Part shown: positions 28,461 through 38,468 of the stretch, one piece after another
Numbering within the stretch: position 1 is the first letter of the stretch
Layout of the letters: each line of letters begins with the position of its first letter
Translations under genes and position numbers: made by a program
Origin: Patescibacteria group bacterium
GTDB taxonomy: Bacteria; Patescibacteriota; Patescibacteriia; JAXHNJ01
Assembly (NCBI GenBank): GCA_034520665.1
Contig: JAXHNJ010000002.1
Span: 544,660 to 608,659, forward strand
DNA: 64,000 nt
Direction of reading: 5' to 3'
Notes under the pieces: generated by a model
Told to the model about the DNA's origin: nothing
The model's input: the letters and a program-made list of their open reading frames with translations, nothing else
The model's database searches: none

Positions 28461-29678
28461 ATGAATAAAAAACAAACTTGGTTAGTAATATTTGTAATTA
28501 TTATTACCTTGCTCAGTCTTTTTTTGAGATTTTATAATTTAGGCTTTCCCGAAAAAATTACATCGGATGAACATTATTTTGTAAATTTTGGTCGCGCCTA
28601 TGTTAGTCAGGAATTTTATCATGATGTGCATCCACCTTTGGGCAAGTTTTTTATTGCTCTGGGCATAAAAATATTTGGCGATAATGCCTTAGGCTGGCGT
28701 TTTTTTACGGCCTTATTTGGCAGTCTTTTGGTACCCTTAGGTTATTTATTGGCCTGGAAAATGTTTAATAATAAATTTATAGCCGTTTCTTTTTCTCTGT
28801 TTATACTTTTTGACGGTCTGTTTTTTGTCCAGTCACGCTTAGCCCGGCTAGACACTATTTATTTATTTTTCTTATTTCTAGCTTTCTATTTTTTCTTTTC
28901 TTTTTTGAAAAGCCATAAAGACAAAGAAATTTATTTAATTTTGTCGGGTTTATTTTTGGGCTTTAGCATAAGTACCAAATGGGTGGCTTTGGCCGGCGGT
29001 TTGTCTTTTTTAATAATCTGGCTTATTAAAAAGAAAGAAATAAAAAAATCAATAATTTGGTTTTTATTTTACCTGGTTTTTATTCCTTTGGCTATTTATT
29101 TTTTAATTTGGCAGATTCATTACGGATTAATAAGTACCCAGCCTATTACTTTTTATGAAAATTTTAAGATATTAACTTATCACCAGGGAATTAAAGAAGT
29201 ACATTCTTTAGGTTCGCCTTTTTGGTCCTGGCCTTTAATGATTTATCCTTTCTCATATTTTATAGAAAAAAGCGAGCAAGTAATAAAATATATTACGGAT
29301 TTACCTAATCCATTAATCTGGTGGCCGGCTCTAGTCGGGTTTTTATATGGCTTTTTTAAATTTAGACTTAAAGACAAAAAATTTAATATTATTTTAATAA
29401 TTTTTGCCAGTCATTTTCTACCCTATCTTTTTATCTCTCGCTCGCTTTTTCTTTATCATTTTATTCTGGCGGCTCCTTTTTTATGGCTGGGATTTTTATA
29501 TTTTTTAAGTAAGTTTTGGTACCAATCAAAAAAAAGCAAAATTATTATTTTAGGTTATTTTGCTTTAGTTATTATTTCTTTTGTTTTTTTCTATCCGGTT
29601 TTAATCGGCCAGCCATTATCCACGAGCAGTTTTAATTTAAGATGGTGGCTAATTAGCTGGTTTCCTTTGGCGGTCTAA
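28461..29678 (+). CDS. GT39 / PMT-family lipid-carrier-dependent glycosyltransferase
   Basis: DEHYF, DVHPPLGK, GWRF, SRLARLD, HSLGSPFWSWP. Confidence 0.88.
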   Translation: MNKKQTWLVIFVIIITLLSLFLRFYNLGFPEKITSDEHYFVNFGRAYVSQEFYHDVHPPLGKFFIALGIKIFGDNALGWRFFTALFGSLLVPLGYLLAWKMFNNKFIAVSFSLFILFDGLFFVQSRLARLDTIYLFFLFLAFYFFFSFLKSHKDKEIYLILSGLFLGFSISTKWVALAGGLSFLIIWLIKKKEIKKSIIWFLFYLVFIPLAIYFLIWQIHYGLISTQPITFYENFKILTYHQGIKEVHSLGSPFWSWPLMIYPFSYFIEKSEQVIKYITDLPNPLIWWPALVGFLYGFFKFRLKDKKFNIILIIFASHFLPYLFISRSLFLYHFILAAPFLWLGFLYFLSKFWYQSKKSKIIILGYFALVIISFVFFYPVLIGQPLSTSSFNLRWWLISWFPLAV

Positions 29679-30798
29679 TTTTTTTTACATTAAGGAAATA
29701 AGCGGCTAAATAAGTAGCGATCGGTATGGCTAAAATCAGGCCAATACTGCCGGTTAGGGTTCTGACAATTTCGGTGGCAATAACTTCATGGTTAATAACA
29801 TCACCAAAACTTAAAAAAGGCGGTTCATTGACTGTAAATAATAAAAGCAGCGGCAAGGAGGCACCGGCGTAAGCTAAAAATAGAGTATTAACCATAGAGC
29901 CCATATGCGATTTTCCCACTCGAAAGGCTCGTTTAAATATTTCGCGCCTGCTTAAATTAGAATTAGCCTTCTTAATTTCCTGACAGGTAGCTATTTGGCT
30001 GATAACTACATCATCGAGAACACCCAAGGCGCCAATAATAATAGCGGCCAAAAGAAGTCCTTTTAGATTAATAAAACTGCGGCCGCTGGCAATTAAAAAG
30101 AGTGTTTCTTCCTGGGCTAGACCGGTTAGTTTAGCTAGATCAGTAAATATTGAGGAAATAAAAGCGGTTATAATTAAAGCAATAATTATACTTAAAACAG
30201 CCAGATGAGATTTTTTATTAAAGCCTTCAGTTATATAGATAATACAAAACAAAATCATTATAGCGCCGATTATTGAAATAAGAATTGGGCTGACTCCATT
30301 CAAAATCTGAGGAATAATAAATTTCATAATTACTAAAAAACTGATAACCAGAGCAATTAAAGCCCTTAAACCTTTTAATCGGCCGATAACAATAATTACC
30401 AAAGCAAAGAGCGCAGCTAGCCAATAAAGGCTGCCCTGACGGACATAATCAGTAATATAAAATTTGTCATCACCTTCACTATCAGTGGTTTTAGTCACCA
30501 AAACTTTGTCGCCAATCTGATACTCTTTTTTGCTCAAAACCTGAATATCAGAAATACCGTAAAAAATTATTTCTTTATCCTGCCACTCATCCTCTAATCC
30601 TTTCAGTTTAATATTTTGCTGACGGTATTGATGGCCGTGTTCGTCTTCCTTGACTTGCTCCTCAATAATTTCAATTACCCGGGCTTTAAAAACTTCATCA
30701 GTTTCTGGCTTTTGATTGTTTTCTAAATTTTCTTGGGCTAGGGCCTGAAAAGGAAATAAACAAAGTAAGACGGCTATAATTAATATTATTTTTTTCAT
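29653..30798 (-). CDS. YibE/F family membrane protein
   Basis: IIGALGVLDDV, MVNTLFLAYAGASLP, EIVRTLTGSIG. Confidence 0.92.
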   Translation of the reverse strand: MKKIILIIAVLLCLFPFQALAQENLENNQKPETDEVFKARVIEIIEEQVKEDEHGHQYRQQNIKLKGLEDEWQDKEIIFYGISDIQVLSKKEYQIGDKVLVTKTTDSEGDDKFYITDYVRQGSLYWLAALFALVIIVIGRLKGLRALIALVISFLVIMKFIIPQILNGVSPILISIIGAIMILFCIIYITEGFNKKSHLAVLSIIIALIITAFISSIFTDLAKLTGLAQEETLFLIASGRSFINLKGLLLAAIIIGALGVLDDVVISQIATCQEIKKANSNLSRREIFKRAFRVGKSHMGSMVNTLFLAYAGASLPLLLLFTVNEPPFLSFGDVINHEVIATEIVRTLTGSIGLILAIPIATYLAAYFLNVKKIRPPKETS

Positions 30799-31013
30799 AT
30801 CTTATCAATTTTGATTAATTTATCGTCATTTAAATAGTAATTCCGATAGCTGGAGTATTTGTATTCTTCAGGGTTTTTGGTCAGTTTAGTATAAATTGGA
30901 TTATTATGAATATATTTTAGTTTTTACTCTAATTTCTTCTCGGAATAGATATTAAAGTCGTAAAAATCATTCATCCAGACTGAATATTTTCTCTTCTTTC
31001 TAAAACTAGTCGG

Positions 31014-31113
31014 GTAGGCCGAATCCTCAGATTCGGCCGAGAGACTAGCCCGATCTGAGGATCGGGCCGTAATACCCAGTGTAGGAGAGTGGCGCGGATC
31101 TCCTGATCCGCGC
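31014..31113. repeat. Three GTAG/CTAG/GTGG-headed REP-like hairpins inside the RAYT remnant
   Basis: 31014-31038, 31045-31067, 31089-31113. Confidence 0.8.
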
Positions 31114-31168
31114 TTCTCGGGTAATTTTAAGGGCTTCCTTGGCAGTTTGTTTTATACTAGGTAGTTTC

Positions 31169-31354
31169 CAATGGCTTTTTTATTCCAAACCCACCACCAA
31201 AACCTTACTAGCTGCTATAACCATAACCAATTAGCAAAAAAGAGGGTTTTGGGCCGAGCCGCTAGTTTGGTTATTAGGCTGAGTCAATGGTTTTTTATTC
31301 CAAACCCACCACCAAAACCTTACTAGCTGCTATAACCATAACCAATTAGCAAAA
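31169..31354. repeat. 70-bp direct repeat
   Basis: 31169-31239 equals 31285-31354 except for a 1-nt indel. Confidence 0.9.
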
Positions 31355-31558
31355 CATAAATCGCCGGATAAATCCGGCGCCTTCACCTCTTCATCCGCGT
31401 AGCTGGAGATTTATCTCCAGATGTCAGAATTAAATGAGCGTGGTTGGGCCTGATTATAATTTGAAAAAAATTATCGTAAACAAATAAATTTAATTATAAA
31501 CCTTACTGGTTACAAAGTAAGTCTGGTTTTCTTTATTGATAGTTTTAAGGGGCATTAG

Positions 31559-32737
31559 TTAAGCAAACATCAACCACTCCGGCTTGATTAGAAGCAATAT
31601 ACCGAGAATGAAAATAATAATTCCACCGATTAATTCAGAAAAACGGGAATATTTGCCGGTCAATCCGGTTACTTTGACTGTTAACATAGCCACAGTAAAG
31701 ATAATCATATCATCAAGCATGAAAATTATAGTGTAGCCGGCTATGTAAAGATAATACTGCCATTTAGGTAAATTACTTAAGGCCAATATTTGAGTATAAA
31801 TGGCTGGCAGGCCAACTGAACAGGCTAACTCAATCAAATTAACTACAAAAGCCAAAACTACTATACCACCTAGGGCGTAAATAAAATTTCTTGATTCAAC
31901 AATATTATTTATTTTATCCATCACTTTTTGGCGCCGTTCGCCTTTAACTACTTTGCATTCCTCGGATCTTTTTTGAATAAATTCTTTTAAGTAATAAAAA
32001 CCAACCCCTAAAGCCAGAACGCCGATAATTATCTGGACAATACGGACATAGCCAATAAAAAGAAACAGATTAAGCCAGGCCGTCATAAAGAGAAAATAAA
32101 CCAAAGCGCTGGCCGCGATAAAGGTCAGGCCGATAGCCCACATGTTTTTCCGGTTTTTCATACCTAAAAGGGCGCTGATTAAAAAAACTAAAACCCACAT
32201 AGCACAGGGGTTAAAACCGTCCACCGCTCCGATGATTAAAGTTAAAACCGGCAGGGAATACTTGGTTAAATCAACTTGACCAAAAAAAGGCAGGTTGTAT
32301 TTTTTTTCAATATGCAGAGCCTGATTAGTATTTTCGTTTTGGTTATTATTAACAGCAGTATTTGTCTGGTTGTTAATATTAGTATTTTCCAGTTCCTCTA
32401 GCTTATAATCAATAAAATTAATAATCGGAGTGTCACCAACAGCATATTGGCTGCCCCAGATCAGCATGGGTACTCCCCGTTCATTATTGGGGATATCGGC
32501 CTGTTCGCAGAATTGGTTAAAGCGGGCCGCATTTTGGCTATTTAAATAAACCTCTCTTTTTTCTATATTAACCTTATCTTCAAGATTGACTTTTTCCATA
32601 TATTCTTCGGCTTTATCACAATGAGGACAGGTGTAACCGTAATAAAAAATAACCTTTTCTTTATCCTGTGCCTGAGCCACAAAGGGTAAAGTTAATAAGA
32701 TTACTAATAAACTAAAAAGTAATATTTTTTTATTCAT
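31559..32737 (-). CDS. Glutaredoxin-like CxxC domain fused to a DsbD/CcdA-like membrane domain
   Basis: CPHC, GVP, DGFNPCAMWVL, IELACS. Confidence 0.85.
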   Translation of the reverse strand: MNKKILLFSLLVILLTLPFVAQAQDKEKVIFYYGYTCPHCDKAEEYMEKVNLEDKVNIEKREVYLNSQNAARFNQFCEQADIPNNERGVPMLIWGSQYAVGDTPIINFIDYKLEELENTNINNQTNTAVNNNQNENTNQALHIEKKYNLPFFGQVDLTKYSLPVLTLIIGAVDGFNPCAMWVLVFLISALLGMKNRKNMWAIGLTFIAASALVYFLFMTAWLNLFLFIGYVRIVQIIIGVLALGVGFYYLKEFIQKRSEECKVVKGERRQKVMDKINNIVESRNFIYALGGIVVLAFVVNLIELACSVGLPAIYTQILALSNLPKWQYYLYIAGYTIIFMLDDMIIFTVAMLTVKVTGLTGKYSRFSELIGGIIIFILGILLLIKPEWLMFA

Positions 32738-33005
32738 GGATAGAAATAGCCTTTCCTTTAATTATGGCTTCAGAGATTTTTTTATAAGCCGAAGATAAAA
32801 TTCTCTGAAAAGTACTTTGAGAAGTATTCATTTTTTTAGCCGCTTTTTTCTGATCAAACTCTTTAACATTTTTTAGTCTTAGAGCCTCGGCTTCTTCATG
32901 AGTTAATTCTACTACTTTCAAAAAACGCATAGGCACGCCTTGCGGTTTAAAATAAGTAACTTTTGGGTTAAATCTAATTTTTCTATAAAGTTTTGGACGG
33001 GGCAT
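32730..33005 (-). CDS. DUF134 family DNA-binding protein
   Basis: MPRPK..R, FKPQGVP, EEAEALRL, AAKKMNTSQSTFQRIL.SA.KKI. Confidence 0.92.
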   Translation of the reverse strand: MPRPKLYRKIRFNPKVTYFKPQGVPMRFLKVVELTHEEAEALRLKNVKEFDQKKAAKKMNTSQSTFQRILSSAYKKISEAIIKGKAISIHE

Positions 33006-33094
33006 AATGGTTTTTTATTTATAACAAAAAAAGAAAGTTCTGTCTAGAATATAGATAAAGGGCCTTTCAGAAGAAAATGAAAGACCCTTTTTTG

Positions 33095-33385
33095 TTATTT
33101 ATTTTTTTTAGACTGGAGAACCTTTAGTTCTTCTTCTACGGCTTTGAGTTCTTCCCGAAGAGCTTCTTTTTCTTCATTTAAGGCTCTTTTTTCGTCTGAT
33201 TTGGTCCAGTTTTGGCTTGGAACGTAACCTTGGTTTCTAAAACCAAAGCCTTGACCCATACCACGACCACGGCCAAATCCTTGGCCAAAGCCTCGGCGGC
33301 TACAACCAGCGCCGCAAGGGCCTGTGCCCCAGCCAGCGCCCGGACCACCGCCCCAAACTGGACCTCTTCCGTCATATCCTGACAT
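33095..33385 (-). CDS. DUF5320-like Gly-rich protein
   Basis: DGRGP.GGGP..G.G.GPCG plus C-terminal coiled coil. Confidence 0.8.
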   Translation of the reverse strand: MSGYDGRGPVWGGGPGAGWGTGPCGAGCSRRGFGQGFGRGRGMGQGFGFRNQGYVPSQNWTKSDEKRALNEEKEALREELKAVEEELKVLQSKKNK

Positions 33386-33456
33386 AAATTTATCCTTTCT
33401 AATTAATTTATTATTTAGGTTAATTACTTAGGTATAAATTGCTGTGGATAAATATT

Positions 33457-33517
33457 ATGAATATTTACCCAATATTAGCTAAATGAATTTCTTGACTTAT
33501 AATGAATATATACCCAT
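33457..33517. promoter_or_regulatory. Two copies of an imperfect palindromic operator
   Basis: ATGAATATTTACCCAA (33457-33472) and ATGAATATATACCCAT (33502-33517); the second overlaps TTGACT-17-CATAAT. Confidence 0.55.
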
Positions 33518-33596
33518 AATTAATAATAACTTATTTAAATTATTTGTCAAGAGCTTTTATTTAGCAATTATTTTCTATTTAGAGTATTATACATAT

Positions 33597-34025
33597 ATGA
33601 CTGATAATAAAATAAAAAAAGCTATCCAGTCATTAGTCAATATGACTAAAATGGTTACGCCTATTATTATAGGGGTGGTTTTATTAGTAGGTTTAGTTAA
33701 TAAGGGTATTCCTAAATCTTTTTTTGCCAGTATTTTTACTGGTCTGGCTCCCTTGGATGCTTTTATTGGTGCAATTATTGGCAGTGTGGCCGCTGGTAAT
33801 CCGATTACCAGTTATATTATTGGCCATGAATTATTAAACAATAGTGTAGCCCTAGTGGCTGTTGTCGCCTTTATTATAGCCTGGGTCACGGTCGGCCTAG
33901 TTCAGTTTCCGGCTGAAAGTCTAATGCTCGGTAAAAAATTTGCTTTTTGGCGCAACTTAACTAGCTTTATTACCGCAATTATTATTTCATTATTAAGTGT
34001 CGGTACTCTATGGCTAATCCTATAA
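33597..34025 (+). CDS. Permease half (DUF318/ArsP-like)
   Basis: GSVAAGNPITSY, AFIIAWVTVG, GKKFA..RN. Confidence 0.8.
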   Translation: MTDNKIKKAIQSLVNMTKMVTPIIIGVVLLVGLVNKGIPKSFFASIFTGLAPLDAFIGAIIGSVAAGNPITSYIIGHELLNNSVALVAVVAFIIAWVTVGLVQFPAESLMLGKKFAFWRNLTSFITAIIISLLSVGTLWLIL

Positions 34026-34588
34026 AAAAAATTACTAATCGTATTGGCGCTAACTGGTTTTTTCTGATTATTGTTTTAATTATTTATTTAATAGTAACTA
34101 TTTTCAGTCCTTCTTTGGGTTACCGATCTTTTTTAGGAGCTTTCAATATTTTTGTAGAAATAATACCGGTAATTATTTTAGTTTTCTTTTTAGTTTTTGT
34201 GTTTAATCTTTTTATTTCGCCGGAAAAAGTGGTACAGTATTTAGGAAATTCCGCTGGTTTTAAAGGCTGGTTTTTATCGATTGTTTTTGGTATTCTTTCC
34301 TCGGGACCGATTTATATGTGGTATCCACTTTTAAAAGATTTAAAAAACAAGGGCATGCGACCAGCTTTTATCACGGCTTTTCTTTACAACCGCGCTATTA
34401 AAATACCGCTTCTTTCAATGATGGTTTTTTATTTGGGTTGGGCTTTGGTTATAATTTTAAATTTTTACATGATAATATTTTCCGTGATCAACGGATATAT
34501 AGTCGAAAAAATAATTTCCTCCAGTGGCGCCATGCCAAAGGACGGGCAAGGATTCACCTCTGGGGAAAAAAGAAAGGAAAAAATATGA
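34010..34588 (+). CDS. Permease half (DUF318/ArsP-like) with an in-frame hairpin insertion near the C-terminus
   Basis: GILSSGPIYMWYPLL, FLYNRAIKIP. Confidence 0.8.
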   Translation: MANPIKKITNRIGANWFFLIIVLIIYLIVTIFSPSLGYRSFLGAFNIFVEIIPVIILVFFLVFVFNLFISPEKVVQYLGNSAGFKGWFLSIVFGILSSGPIYMWYPLLKDLKNKGMRPAFITAFLYNRAIKIPLLSMMVFYLGWALVIILNFYMIIFSVINGYIVEKIISSSGAMPKDGQGFTSGEKRKEKI

Positions 34589-34890
34589 AAATTGCTATTG
34601 CTACCTTAGAAAAAAATCCTGACTCGGAAATTTCCACCTCGGCCGGGCGCGCTCCTTTTTATCTTATTTTTAATGAAAAAGGAGAAGTTTTGGAGACTTG
34701 GCAAAATGTCTTTGCCAAGGGCGGTGGCGGGGCCGGATTTGCGGTGACCGATGCTATGAAGGAAAAAGGAGTGGCTGTAATTATCGCCGGCCAGTTTGGT
34801 CAGAATATGATCGGGGCCATGGACTCGGCTGGTATCAGGTATATGGAAAAAAAGGGTCAGGCTAAGGAATCAGCTCAGAAAATTGAATAA
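34585..34890 (+). CDS. NifB/NifX family protein
   Basis: MKIAI, GRAPFYLI, GGAG, IIAGQFGQN. Confidence 0.88.
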   Translation: MKIAIATLEKNPDSEISTSAGRAPFYLIFNEKGEVLETWQNVFAKGGGGAGFAVTDAMKEKGVAVIIAGQFGQNMIGAMDSAGIRYMEKKGQAKESAQKIE

Positions 34891-34898
34891 ATTTGTCA

Positions 34899-35522
34899 TT
34901 ATTTTTTAAGTATAAGATGATAATTTAAAAATCGACGATTTTTAAATGGAGTTATGTTTTCTTTAGTTACTTTAAAAGAAACCGGTAGATATTTTTTGAG
35001 CTCACCTTTTTGAAAATAAAGAAACCATCTTTTAGTGCCTGGCTTTTCATTATATAATTCCCAGCCATTTTTATGGCCTTCTCTTAAAGCGACAAAGAGC
35101 GGCGATTTTGGCTTTAGAATTACTGCCATTTTTTTTAGTACTTTTTTTATTTTTTCTTTTTTATCAAAATGAATTAAAGAAGTATGGCACCAAAGGCCGT
35201 CAAAGGTATTGTTTCTAAATTCTAAATTTTCCAGATCCATAACTTTAGCTTCTAGTCCTTTTTTCCGGCAGAGCTTGACCATGCCTGGACTAATATCAAT
35301 GGCCGAAGGATGATAACCTTTTTCTTTAAAATAAAGCGTATGAGTGCCAGCACCACAACCAGCGTCTAAAATTTTGCCGGCTGGTTTTATTTGCGAGAGA
35401 AATTTATCAGCTTCTGGTTTAACAATTTTATTAAAATATTGATCATATCCCTGGCCTAATTCTTTAGCTATTTGGGAATAGGTCTGGCTGGTACAAGTCT
35501 TTTTGTTATTTTTTTTAGACAT
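34899..35522 (-). CDS. Class I SAM-dependent methyltransferase
   Basis: ILDAGCGAG, IDIS, FDGLW. Confidence 0.9.
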   Translation of the reverse strand: MSKKNNKKTCTSQTYSQIAKELGQGYDQYFNKIVKPEADKFLSQIKPAGKILDAGCGAGTHTLYFKEKGYHPSAIDISPGMVKLCRKKGLEAKVMDLENLEFRNNTFDGLWCHTSLIHFDKKEKIKKVLKKMAVILKPKSPLFVALREGHKNGWELYNEKPGTKRWFLYFQKGELKKYLPVSFKVTKENITPFKNRRFLNYHLILKK

Positions 35523-35701
35523 AAAATAGAATTGAATTATTTTTATTATAGCAAAAAAAATTTATTAAAGAAATTTTCTTAATTAATAATCGCAGGATAA
35601 ATCCGGCGCCGGTAGAATCTTAAAATAATATCACTCTCTGGCGCAACATTCATGTGGCGAGCAGTTTGACTAAGGCTTATTATTCAGTAATAATTAAAAT
35701 A

Positions 35702-36505
35702 ATGTTTATCCATAATTTAAATCCTAATTTATTAAAAATCGGCTCTGTACAAATCCGCTGGTATGGTCTGCTTTTTGTTTTGGGGCTTTTATTTTATATT
35801 TTCTTTACCCGTTGGGTTTTTAAAAAAGCAAATCAGTCAGTCAAAAAACTGGAAGATCTTTTTATTTATTTATTTTTTGGCTTTTTAATTGGGGCTCGTT
35901 TAGGACATGTTTTTTTCTTTCAATGGCCGTATTACTCAAAAAATCCGGGTGATATTATTAAAATATGGCAAGGTGGCCTAAACAGTCATGGAGCCATGAT
36001 TGGATTATTAGTAGCTTATATTATTTTTTATTTTATAGAAAAAAGAAAAAATCCAGATTTTAATTTTTACCAGTATTCAGATTTATTAGTCATTGGTATC
36101 CCCATAGTAGCCATGATGGTGAGAATAGGTAATTTTATTAATGCCGAAGTTTTAGGCCGGCTAACAAATTCTTCCTGGGGAGTAGTTTACCAATCTTTAG
36201 GGGAAAATATAGCTCGCCATCCGGTTCAAATCTATGAAGCAATAGCCGCTTTAATTATATTTTTTATTTTACTGGGGGTTTTTCTAAACAAAAAAACCAA
36301 GCCTTACTTTATGACCTTTTTATTTTTGCTTTTGTATTTTGGCTCTCGGTTTATCTTGGAATTTTTTAAAAAATACCAGATTTTAGAAAAATCTGGCACC
36401 TGGACTTTGGGTTTAACCATGGGGCAAGCTCTTTCAGTGATACCGATTTTAGTGACTTTGATTTATTTTATTTATTATTATCCAAGGATAAAATTTAAAG
36501 AATAA
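35702..36505 (+). CDS. lgt: Prolipoprotein diacylglyceryl transferase
   Basis: IRWYGL, GARLGHV, GGLNSHG, RIGNFINAE, RHPVQIYE. Confidence 0.95.
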   Translation: MFIHNLNPNLLKIGSVQIRWYGLLFVLGLLFYIFFTRWVFKKANQSVKKLEDLFIYLFFGFLIGARLGHVFFFQWPYYSKNPGDIIKIWQGGLNSHGAMIGLLVAYIIFYFIEKRKNPDFNFYQYSDLLVIGIPIVAMMVRIGNFINAEVLGRLTNSSWGVVYQSLGENIARHPVQIYEAIAALIIFFILLGVFLNKKTKPYFMTFLFLLLYFGSRFILEFFKKYQILEKSGTWTLGLTMGQALSVIPILVTLIYFIYYYPRIKFKE

Positions 36506-36618
36506 AATAATATTATGGACTACACTGAAGATATTGACAATAAATTTTTTTTATGATAGAATCTAGTGTTGATCATTTATAATTGGAAGAATCAATAAAT
36601 TTAAAAAGGAGGGAAGAG

Positions 36619-37080
36619 ATGTCTTCTGATACAATAATTTGTATAGACCGTTCACTCGAAATTCCTTATCCGGAATGGGTAAGCAAGATAATACATCCGG
36701 AATTGGAAAAAACTGGGCTTGATGCCTATGATTTAAGTACAGCGGTTTCATTATGGTTTTACAAAAAACAGAAAAAAAGTAGAATTTCTGGAATGACAGT
36801 CTATAATTATCTCAAAGAAAGAAACATGCTTAAATCATGTTTAGGCCTACAAGACGCCCTAGCTGTCCGAACAAAAGGTGGAGCTGTATTCCAGGAAGTA
36901 TTTGACAATAAGGAAGTTTATTTTTTTAAATCAGTGGTGGAAAGCTGTGATGATGAAGGTCTTCACGTTCCCTGTCTTGTTATGGTCTGTGGCCGTGTAG
37001 CACTACGCTGGAGCTGGCTCGACTTTAACTGGTCTATAAAAAAATCCCATAGCTATTTTCAAGTAGCGAATGGTGTATAA
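36619..37080 (+). CDS. Hypothetical protein
   Basis: SD AGGAGG before ATG 36619; own promoter TTGACA...TAGAAT. Confidence 0.7.
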   Translation: MSSDTIICIDRSLEIPYPEWVSKIIHPELEKTGLDAYDLSTAVSLWFYKKQKKSRISGMTVYNYLKERNMLKSCLGLQDALAVRTKGGAVFQEVFDNKEVYFFKSVVESCDDEGLHVPCLVMVCGRVALRWSWLDFNWSIKKSHSYFQVANGV

Positions 37081-37136
37081 TCAAAGACCCGCATTTTTTA
37101 CAGTGCAGATCATTTTTTTTATTTTAAATTTGAAAA

Positions 37137-38447
37137 TTACAAAACTGATCCAGCCGCTTTAATAATCGGATAAGCAATCGGCGAAGCGGTTAAAAGTGGA
37201 TGAGTACCTACTTGTAAATATTTCAAATCCTGGGCGGTCATCTTTTTTTGGATGGCCAGGGCTATAATATTAATGATTTCTCCGCATGTTTTGGGTCCCA
37301 TCACTTCCCCGCCAATTAATACATTTTTTTGATTAAAAATTAATTTACAGTTTATTTTTTGACTATTTGGTAAACTACCCGGATGATGGTCAAAAGTTTC
37401 AAACGGCCCGGTTTTAAATTTAATATTTTGTTTTTGACAAATATTTTCATTAAAGCCAGCTGAAGCCAGGGTCAAATCAGCAATTTTAGTCGAGCTGACT
37501 GAAATAATACCTTGGTTTTCTTTATTTTTTTTGTAAAGATTAATCGCGGCTATCCGGGCTTCCAGACAGGCAATAGAAGCTAGCATAGCCGGGCTTTCTT
37601 TTTGGGTGATAAAGTCAATTTTTTGAGCACAATCACCAACCGCGAAAATGTCTTTATCCGAAGTCTGGCCGTACTTATTAATTTTAATAGAATTATTTGA
37701 AGAAATTTCTAAACCAGCTTTTTTAGCTAAAGTAATTTCTGGACTGGCTCCAACTGATAAAATAAGAAGATCATTTTTTATTTCCTGGCCATTATTGTAT
37801 ATAACTTTGCCTTTTTCTATTTTTTCAACCTTGGCACCAGTAATAATATTAACTTTTTTTTCTTTTAAGGCCTCTTGAGCTTTTTTAGCCATTTCCTGAT
37901 CAAAAGCCAGGCCCAGACAAACATCCATGGCTTCGATAACTGTAATATTTTTACCTTCTTTTTTAGTCAGGTCATCAGCAATTTCCAGACCAATAAAACC
38001 GCCGCCAATAATCACTACTTCTTTAGCTTTTAACATAGCCTGACGCAGTTTTTCTAAGTAGGGGCAATCTTTTTTAATTAACCAGTGTTTATTTTCATCA
38101 AGACCCTTAATAGGTAGTGATTTAGGATTCGAGCCAGTGGCTAAAATTAATTTTTCATATTCCATTTCAAAATTAGGGGTGCTTATTTTTTTATTTTCTT
38201 TGTTAATTTGAATAACTTCATCAATAATTAATTCGATATTGTTATCAGTCAATTTTTCGTCCGGAATAATGTTTTTATCAATCGAGTCCAGGCTGTTAAA
38301 GGTATAAGGAATACCGCAGGGAATCGGACTCTTTTCTGTTTTACGGATGAGAGTAATTTTTTGTTTTGGATAATTTTTTCGCGTTTCCAAAGCGGCGGTA
38401 ATACCGCCCGGGCCGCCGCCGATAATTATTATCTCTGATTTTTTCAT
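37137..38447 (-). CDS. FAD-dependent pyridine nucleotide-disulfide oxidoreductase (CoADR/NADH oxidase family)
   Basis: GGGPGG, PCGIPY, ATGS, GGGFIGLE, FAVGDC. Confidence 0.92.
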   Translation of the reverse strand: MKKSEIIIIGGGPGGITAALETRKNYPKQKITLIRKTEKSPIPCGIPYTFNSLDSIDKNIIPDEKLTDNNIELIIDEVIQINKENKKISTPNFEMEYEKLILATGSNPKSLPIKGLDENKHWLIKKDCPYLEKLRQAMLKAKEVVIIGGGFIGLEIADDLTKKEGKNITVIEAMDVCLGLAFDQEMAKKAQEALKEKKVNIITGAKVEKIEKGKVIYNNGQEIKNDLLILSVGASPEITLAKKAGLEISSNNSIKINKYGQTSDKDIFAVGDCAQKIDFITQKESPAMLASIACLEARIAAINLYKKNKENQGIISVSSTKIADLTLASAGFNENICQKQNIKFKTGPFETFDHHPGSLPNSQKINCKLIFNQKNVLIGGEVMGPKTCGEIINIIALAIQKKMTAQDLKYLQVGTHPLLTASPIAYPIIKAAGSVL

Positions 38448-38468
38448 GATTTTTAATTAAAAAATTAA

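Larger units (their letters stand above)
30795..31555 (-). pseudogene. Decayed REP-associated tyrosine transposase (RAYT / Y1 HUH)
   Basis: Fragments MPLKTINKENQTYFVTSK, PNHAHLIL (HUH), KQTAKEAL and VW..DFYDFNI.SEKKLE*KLKYIHNNP....EEYKYSSY; several stops and frameshifts. Confidence 0.85.

Noticed and set aside
31169-31354. Repeat-spacer-repeat as a mini CRISPR array
   Set aside because: Only two 70-bp copies, too long for CRISPR repeats; no cas genes or leader in the window
33443-33451. DnaA box TGTGGATAA as oriC
   Set aside because: Single box with no cluster and no dnaA nearby
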